This document shows positions 59,444 to 64,000 of a DNA stretch of 64,000 nucleotides, piece by piece. A model generated the notes under the pieces. That model ran no database searches. It was not told where the DNA came from and worked only from the letters and a program-made list of their open reading frames with translations. The DNA comes from Nannocystis bainbridge (GTDB lineage: Bacteria; Myxococcota_A; Polyangia; Nannocystales; Nannocystaceae). The stretch is taken from assembly GCF_028368995.1 (NCBI RefSeq), contig NZ_JAQNDL010000003.1:32001-96000 (forward strand). Direction: 5' to 3'. Position numbers and translations under genes: made by a program. Every line of letters starts with the position of its first letter. The first letter of the stretch is position 1.

Positions 59444-60289
59444 ATGCAGAACAAGACACACCACCACCGCGAGCACCGCCACGGACACAAGGGCCGGCGA
59501 GATCTGGGCGAGACGCGCGGGCTGCTGGCGCGGGCCGTCGATCGCGTGCGCGCGTGGTTGGGCGACGAGGACGCCTCCGGCCGGCTGAAGCTCGACGCCC
59601 GGCGCAGTCGTCGTGACGCGCGGATCCAGGCCCGGGCCGAGCGGCGGGAGCACATGCGCCAGGAGATCGAGGAGCGGCGGCGCAGCGCCAAGCGGCATCA
59701 TCGCGAGCGCATGGCCGGCGCGCCCCCCCTGAGCTTCATCCCGTCGCCGCAGACCTGGCCGTGGCAGTTCATGGGACGCGGCGCCCCGTGGCCGCCGAAC
59801 CCCGAGTCGTACTACCAACAATCGCTGCCGCCCGGCGTGCGCGGCCGGCCGCTGCAGCGTCGCGGCCGCTTCACCGGCCGCGGCCCTCGCGGCTATGTCC
59901 GCCCGGACGCGCGGATCGTCGAGGACATCAACGAGGCTCTGACGTACAGCCCGCACATCGACGCCAGTGACATCGTCGTCCGCGTCGACAGCGGCGACGT
60001 CGTCCTCTCGGGCAGCGTCGACGATCGCTACATCAAGCGCCTGGTCGAGGAGCTGATCGAAGACGTCGCGGGTGTGCGCGACGTGCAGAACGACCTGCAC
60101 GTCGAGACCCGCGATCTGCAGGGCGCCGGCGGTATGCACCGCAGCTCGGCCCGCCGCGACGACAGGGGCGCGCAGCGGCGCGACATGACCGTGGGCCAGG
60201 ACTTCGAGGACCTCGAGACCAGCAACCTCAACACCGGCCAGGAGAGCTGCGCCCGCAAGCACCGCGGCGGCAGCTTCTCCGGCACCTGA
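59444..60289 (+). CDS. BON domain protein
   Basis: GRGPRGYVRPDARI-EDINE-LT...IDASDI-V-V--G-V-LSG-V...VAGVRDVQN-L. GGAGG upstream of ATG 59444. Confidence 0.9.
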   Translation: MQNKTHHHREHRHGHKGRRDLGETRGLLARAVDRVRAWLGDEDASGRLKLDARRSRRDARIQARAERREHMRQEIEERRRSAKRHHRERMAGAPPLSFIPSPQTWPWQFMGRGAPWPPNPESYYQQSLPPGVRGRPLQRRGRFTGRGPRGYVRPDARIVEDINEALTYSPHIDASDIVVRVDSGDVVLSGSVDDRYIKRLVEELIEDVAGVRDVQNDLHVETRDLQGAGGMHRSSARRDDRGAQRRDMTVGQDFEDLETSNLNTGQESCARKHRGGSFSGT

Positions 60290-60309
60290 GCAGCGCGAGC
60301 GACGGCCCG

Positions 60310-61044
60310 CGCGGCGACGTGGTACTTGTCGAAGGCGATCTTCGCGTCGCCATCGGGGATGGCCTCGCGGACAGCTTGAATGTAGGGCTCGTGCATGTCC
60401 ATGACGACCACCGAGACCGCAGCCCTCTCTGGGCGCGAAAAGCCGCTCAGGAAGCCCTTGAGGGCCCCTTTGCCGCGTCCGTCGGCGACGTGGATGACCC
60501 GCTTGCTGGCGGACTTCGGGTCATGCACGATCGTGACGTACTCGTGGCGCCGCTGGAAGGAGGTCTCGTCGACGGCGAGCATCGCCGGCAGCGCGACCTC
60601 GCGGCGCTCGAGTCCACATTGTACTGCACGCTCCTGGACGCCGGCGACCTGATCCCACGAGAGGCCGAGGCGCTCCGCGACCACTGCGATCGGCGCCTCG
60701 CGGAGCCAGTCGATCACCAGCGCCTCGAACAGCGCGGTGAGCCGGGCGCTACCGTCCGCCCAAGAGACGCGCATCGTCAGCGTACCGTGCTTCGGGCACG
60801 ACGTCCGCGGTACGCCGGCTTCGATGATCGTCCGATACTGACACGTATCGAGGTGCCGCCATCGACGAGTCCGTGTATCGTGACGGGGAACAGCCTGGTC
60901 ACACTCCGGGCACCTCGTCGGCACATCGGAGTCGTGCTCGACCTCGATGACGATCTGCCCCTGCCCGAGCTGCAGCTTCACCGCAGCAACACGCCAGGGA
61001 GCCTCGATACCGAGAATGCGGGCATAGAGTTCGGTCTCTGCCAT
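60310..61044 (-). pseudogene. ISL3 transposase, 3'-truncated
   Basis: zf CPEC...CPKH, WRHLD, HTH AERLGLSWDQV, VDETSF, MDMHEPY, FDKYHV. Similarity ends at ~60310, after which the frame runs antisense through the BON gene. Confidence 0.88.
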
Positions 61045-61107
61045 TCGCGCACGGTATCACGGCGCGATTTCGCGCGCAACCCACGCCACCCTCAACCCTG
61101 AAGAGCC
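60310..61107 (-). mobile_element. Truncated ISL3-family insertion sequence (left end plus 5' part of the transposase)
   Basis: Minus-strand end GGCTCTTCAGGGTTGAGGGTG at 61107, flanked by AT-rich TAATTTCT. No matching right end seen. Confidence 0.88.
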
Positions 61108-61631
61108 TAATTTCTACCGTGGCGATCGAGGAGCACAAGCTCCAAGCGGCGCTCCTCAGGGCGCTCGGCTCGCGCGAGAGCGCACACAAACACCCCTTTC
61201 ACGTCGTCGACCACGAAGCGCTGGCCGTGAGGGCGGCTGGGAGTACGAGTATTCGCTCGCGCCCAGACCGCCGCGCTGCCTCGCCGTCAATCTCGTGCGC
61301 AGCCTCTCCTGGCAGACCAGCGACTTCGGGCGCACCCGGCGGAAGTTTCCACTGCGCCTGCCGATGGCGAGCCTGAAGGGTTCGTGGAGCCTCGGCTCCG
61401 AGGGGCTCGCACCCGGCTGCTGACACGACCACGGTCGCGAAAGGACCGTGGGTGCCCGGGTGTATGCTCGGGCACCCAGCAGGCGCCGGCGCCTCGCCGA
61501 CAAGGCCGTCGTCGGCGGCGACGGGCTCGCGGTCGGCTCGCTGATCCACAGCTGCCGCGAGCTCCGCGGCGAGCACCGGCCGCGAGCGCTGGCGTCCGTC
61601 GAAGAAGCCCGGCTCGTACTCGTCCGTGATT

Positions 61632-61785
61632 TCCTGGCGATCGGCGTCTCGTCGAGGACGGCGGCCGCCTGCTCGTCGCACCACGCGAAGAAGTTGTCGA
61701 CGATCGGCCGCGACTTCTCGCGGCGGGTCTCCTCGCGCTTCTTCCGCGGCGCGGCGCGCCGAGTTCTGTGCGCTCGAAGTTCAAG
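61632..61785 (-). pseudogene. IS66-family transposase (TnpC) internal fragment
   Basis: APRKKREETRREKSRPIVDNFFAWCDEQAAAVLDETPIAR matches the IS66 segment that precedes the AI-YA motif. Flanks are unrelated. Confidence 0.7.
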
Positions 61786-61941
61786 CAACGACCTCGAGCC
61801 TGCCAATCGCGCCAGGAGCCAACCCCTCGCGCACAGGGGCGGCGCCGATCGGCGCATCCTGGCGCTCCTGTTGACAACTGCTGCGCCGCCAGTCAGCATG
61901 ACCTGGTTGCCTTGTGTCTCTTGTATCTAAGGAGTAGGAAG

Positions 61942-62568
61942 GTGCGCGTGAGTTGGTCAGCGGGTGGATTGTTGTTGAGCGTCGGGGTTACATTGGCCTG
62001 CGAGTCGGCGCCGGAGGCCCTGATGCCGCGCGACGGCGAGGCCCTGGTCCAGTCGCCCGGTGTCTGCGCCGAGGCCCTGCTGCCATCGGCCGTGAGCGTC
62101 GTCTGGGACGACGTGGCGAGCGACGCCAAGCTCCTCGGCACGGCCGACCCCGTGACGCTCGTCGTCACCAACGTCTCTGACCGTGCGATGCAAGTGCGGT
62201 CGTTCATCGAACTCGAACTCGACGCGGGCGAGCCCGGTCAGATCGCCCTGGGGACCGCGGGGCTCGCGCCAGGCGAGACGTTCACGACCGCCTTCTCGCT
62301 GTCGGAGCGAGTACCACCGGCGATACGCGCGCACTCGAGCTCACGTGGCATTCAGGCCACCGCCGAGGTCATGGACGGCGAAGGTCACCGGCTCGAGCTC
62401 GTCCATGCGCCGCCGATCTTCTACCACTGGGACGCCGACACGCTGCTGATCTACGGCGAGCACGTCTTGCACAAAGAGATGAATCATGGCCTCTGGGGCG
62501 CGCCAGCAGCGCTCGACGAAGACGAGGCCCGATTCGTCCGCCGCGCCCAGGTCTGGTCGAAGGATTGA
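61942..62568 (+). CDS. Hypothetical lipoprotein
   Basis: AAGGAG upstream of GTG 61942; lipobox TLAC. Confidence 0.72.
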   Translation: MRVSWSAGGLLLSVGVTLACESAPEALMPRDGEALVQSPGVCAEALLPSAVSVVWDDVASDAKLLGTADPVTLVVTNVSDRAMQVRSFIELELDAGEPGQIALGTAGLAPGETFTTAFSLSERVPPAIRAHSSSRGIQATAEVMDGEGHRLELVHAPPIFYHWDADTLLIYGEHVLHKEMNHGLWGAPAALDEDEARFVRRAQVWSKD

Positions 62569-62575
62569 CCTGTCC

Positions 62576-63908
62576 ATGGTATACACAATGCTCAAAAGAC
62601 CCTCCGGCCTGGCTCGCTACGCGGCGCTGGCCAGCGCTGCATTCGTCTTGTCCTTCGCCCTCGACGCGCACTCGAACCCGATCTTCGAGCACGACTGGTG
62701 CTTCCTTCCGCTGGCGCGTAAACGCCGTGGACAACGGGGTCGGCGAGGATTTCGGGACCACCAACGTGTGGCTCGCGCGCGGGGCTCGGGTCTACATCCT
62801 CCATCCGTCCGAGTCCCCGCGGACCTTGTACACGGACGTCGACACTGGCTGCCTCTCGTTCCTGTCCAACTTCGGCTCCGGCTTCGAGGTCCGGCTTCAC
62901 GCCGAGACGAAGGTGGGAGGCACCGGCAACATCACCATCCGCGCGTTCGCCAGCCTCGCTAACCTCGAGTACTGGGAGGCGCTTCCGGTCCAGGCGCGCC
63001 TGGAGTCGTGGCGCTGGTATGACGTGGCACCGACCTGCGACGGCACCTTCTGCGACTTGACCCTGACCAACACCTCGGTGACCGACGTCGTCTCCAACCT
63101 GATCGCCGCCGCGACGTGGGTCGTGCACAGGGTCGATTCGAGCACGAGCCCGCGGATCGCGGGGACGCACAGCCTGGCGGTGATCCACGCCGATTGCGAT
63201 ATCGGTTCGGGCTCCTGCTACATCAAGAACTCGCCGAACAATCGGATCTTCATCCAGGACACGCTGACGGGCCTGCCCGAGGGCGCCACGCGCAAATTCC
63301 TCATCGGCCACGAAACAGGGCACTTCTTTGACCACGTCTACTCGGGCGGCTTGCTCGCCGCCTCCGGTGCTTGGGGGCTGACGGACATCAATCACCCGCG
63401 TTGCAGCTCGGCCGGGGTCGTGGGCAATCATGCGTTGCGCTCCGAAGAGTGGGCAAGCGGTGCGTTCGTCGAGGGATTCGCGCACTTCATCTCCACTCTG
63501 GCATTCAATCAACACACCGAGCAGAACGGGATTTTCAAGTACTACAAGAACGACTCCGGGAGCGGGTTCAGCTACAACTTCGACACCGTCGACGTCGAGG
63601 GTTCGTCGAGTTGGCTGCACAGCACGTCGGGATGCGACTGCCGCAACGGCGCATTCTTGTGCCCCGACCGGTCGACCGAGCTCGACTGGCTCCGCTTCTT
63701 TTGGGACTTTCGCACCAACCCAGGAGGCACCGGCGACCCGCAGCCCACACACGCCGACATCTTTGCTATGCTCGCCCACGTGGGCGCAAACCACCTCAAC
63801 TACGGGCTCACGCAGATCTTCCAGTGGCTGGACGACGCGGTTCCGTCGACCCTGCAGACGCGCTTCACGGATTATGCGGAACATAATGGGGTCGACACCG
63901 CCCCCTAG
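62576..63908 (+). pseudogene. Secreted Zn-metallopeptidase (HExxH) gene frameshifted by a CTTC duplication at 62701-62708
   Basis: Signal peptide (MLKRPSGLARYAALASAAFVLSFALDAHS) in one frame; body with IGHETGHFF and EGFAHF in another. Removing one CTTC gives ...HDWCFRWRVNAVDNG in a single frame. Confidence 0.8.
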
Positions 63909-63917
63909 GAGCGACAA

Positions 63918-64000
63918 ATGGCACCTCGTCGATCACCTCTCCCGCTCATCGCCCACGCGACCGCGCTTGCCATCTTGCTCACCGCCTGTGCCCCGCACAA
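63918..64000 (+). CDS. 5' end of a lipoprotein gene (runs off the window)
   Basis: AGGAG then ATG; MAPRRSPLPLIAHATALAILLTAC lipobox. Confidence 0.65.
   Translation, partial: MAPRRSPLPLIAHATALAILLTACAPH

Noticed and set aside
60028-60309. C-terminal part of the 338-aa transposase ORF
   Set aside because: Read-through antisense to the BON gene after the truncation point; not transposase sequence.
61108-61230. Group II intron reverse transcriptase remnant (…KLQAALLRAL…SAH…VDHEAL)
   Set aside because: The motif-like words are too closely spaced and there is no YADD or intron domain V; probably coincidence. BLASTX would settle it.
62565-62700. N-terminus MTCPWYTQ... of the 447-aa ORF
   Set aside because: Off-frame artefact; the signal peptide is in the 62576 frame, upstream of the CTTC duplication.

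Overview
A 64-kb, very GC-rich bacterial window. The gene content points to a myxobacterium, most likely Nannocystis-like (inference): Ser/Thr kinase-TPR and ECF sigma genes, an RsbR-like PAS-STAS protein, Thr-rich lipoproteins, roadblock proteins and a hybrid NRPS-PKS. About 45 protein genes can be supported. I saw no rRNA, tRNA or CRISPR array. The most interesting items are: (1) a three-domain protein (RRE-like, LanD-type flavin decarboxylase, thiol-methyltransferase-like) downstream of a Cys-rich lipoprotein and divergent from an atypical P450, a candidate new peptide/protein modification system; (2) a dispersed DNA signal, RRRCATGYYY decamers repeated at an exact 14-bp period, in at least five intergenic arrays with weaker copies inside genes; (3) a translationally coupled DUF4388-roadblock-roadblock-protoglobin operon that lacks the expected MglA-type GTPase; (4) a stand-alone C*-A-T-C-A-T-KS-AT-T-TE gene, plus a separate enoyl-CoA hydratase / 2OG-hydroxylase / halogenase cassette; (5) a circularly permuted GDPD domain inserted in a phytase-like protein; (6) several intergenic tandem or hairpin repeats; and (7) ISL3 and IS66 remnants ahead of a less GC-rich island whose secreted metalloprotease gene is frameshifted by a 4-bp duplication. 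All family calls come from recognising motifs by eye. No database search was run.
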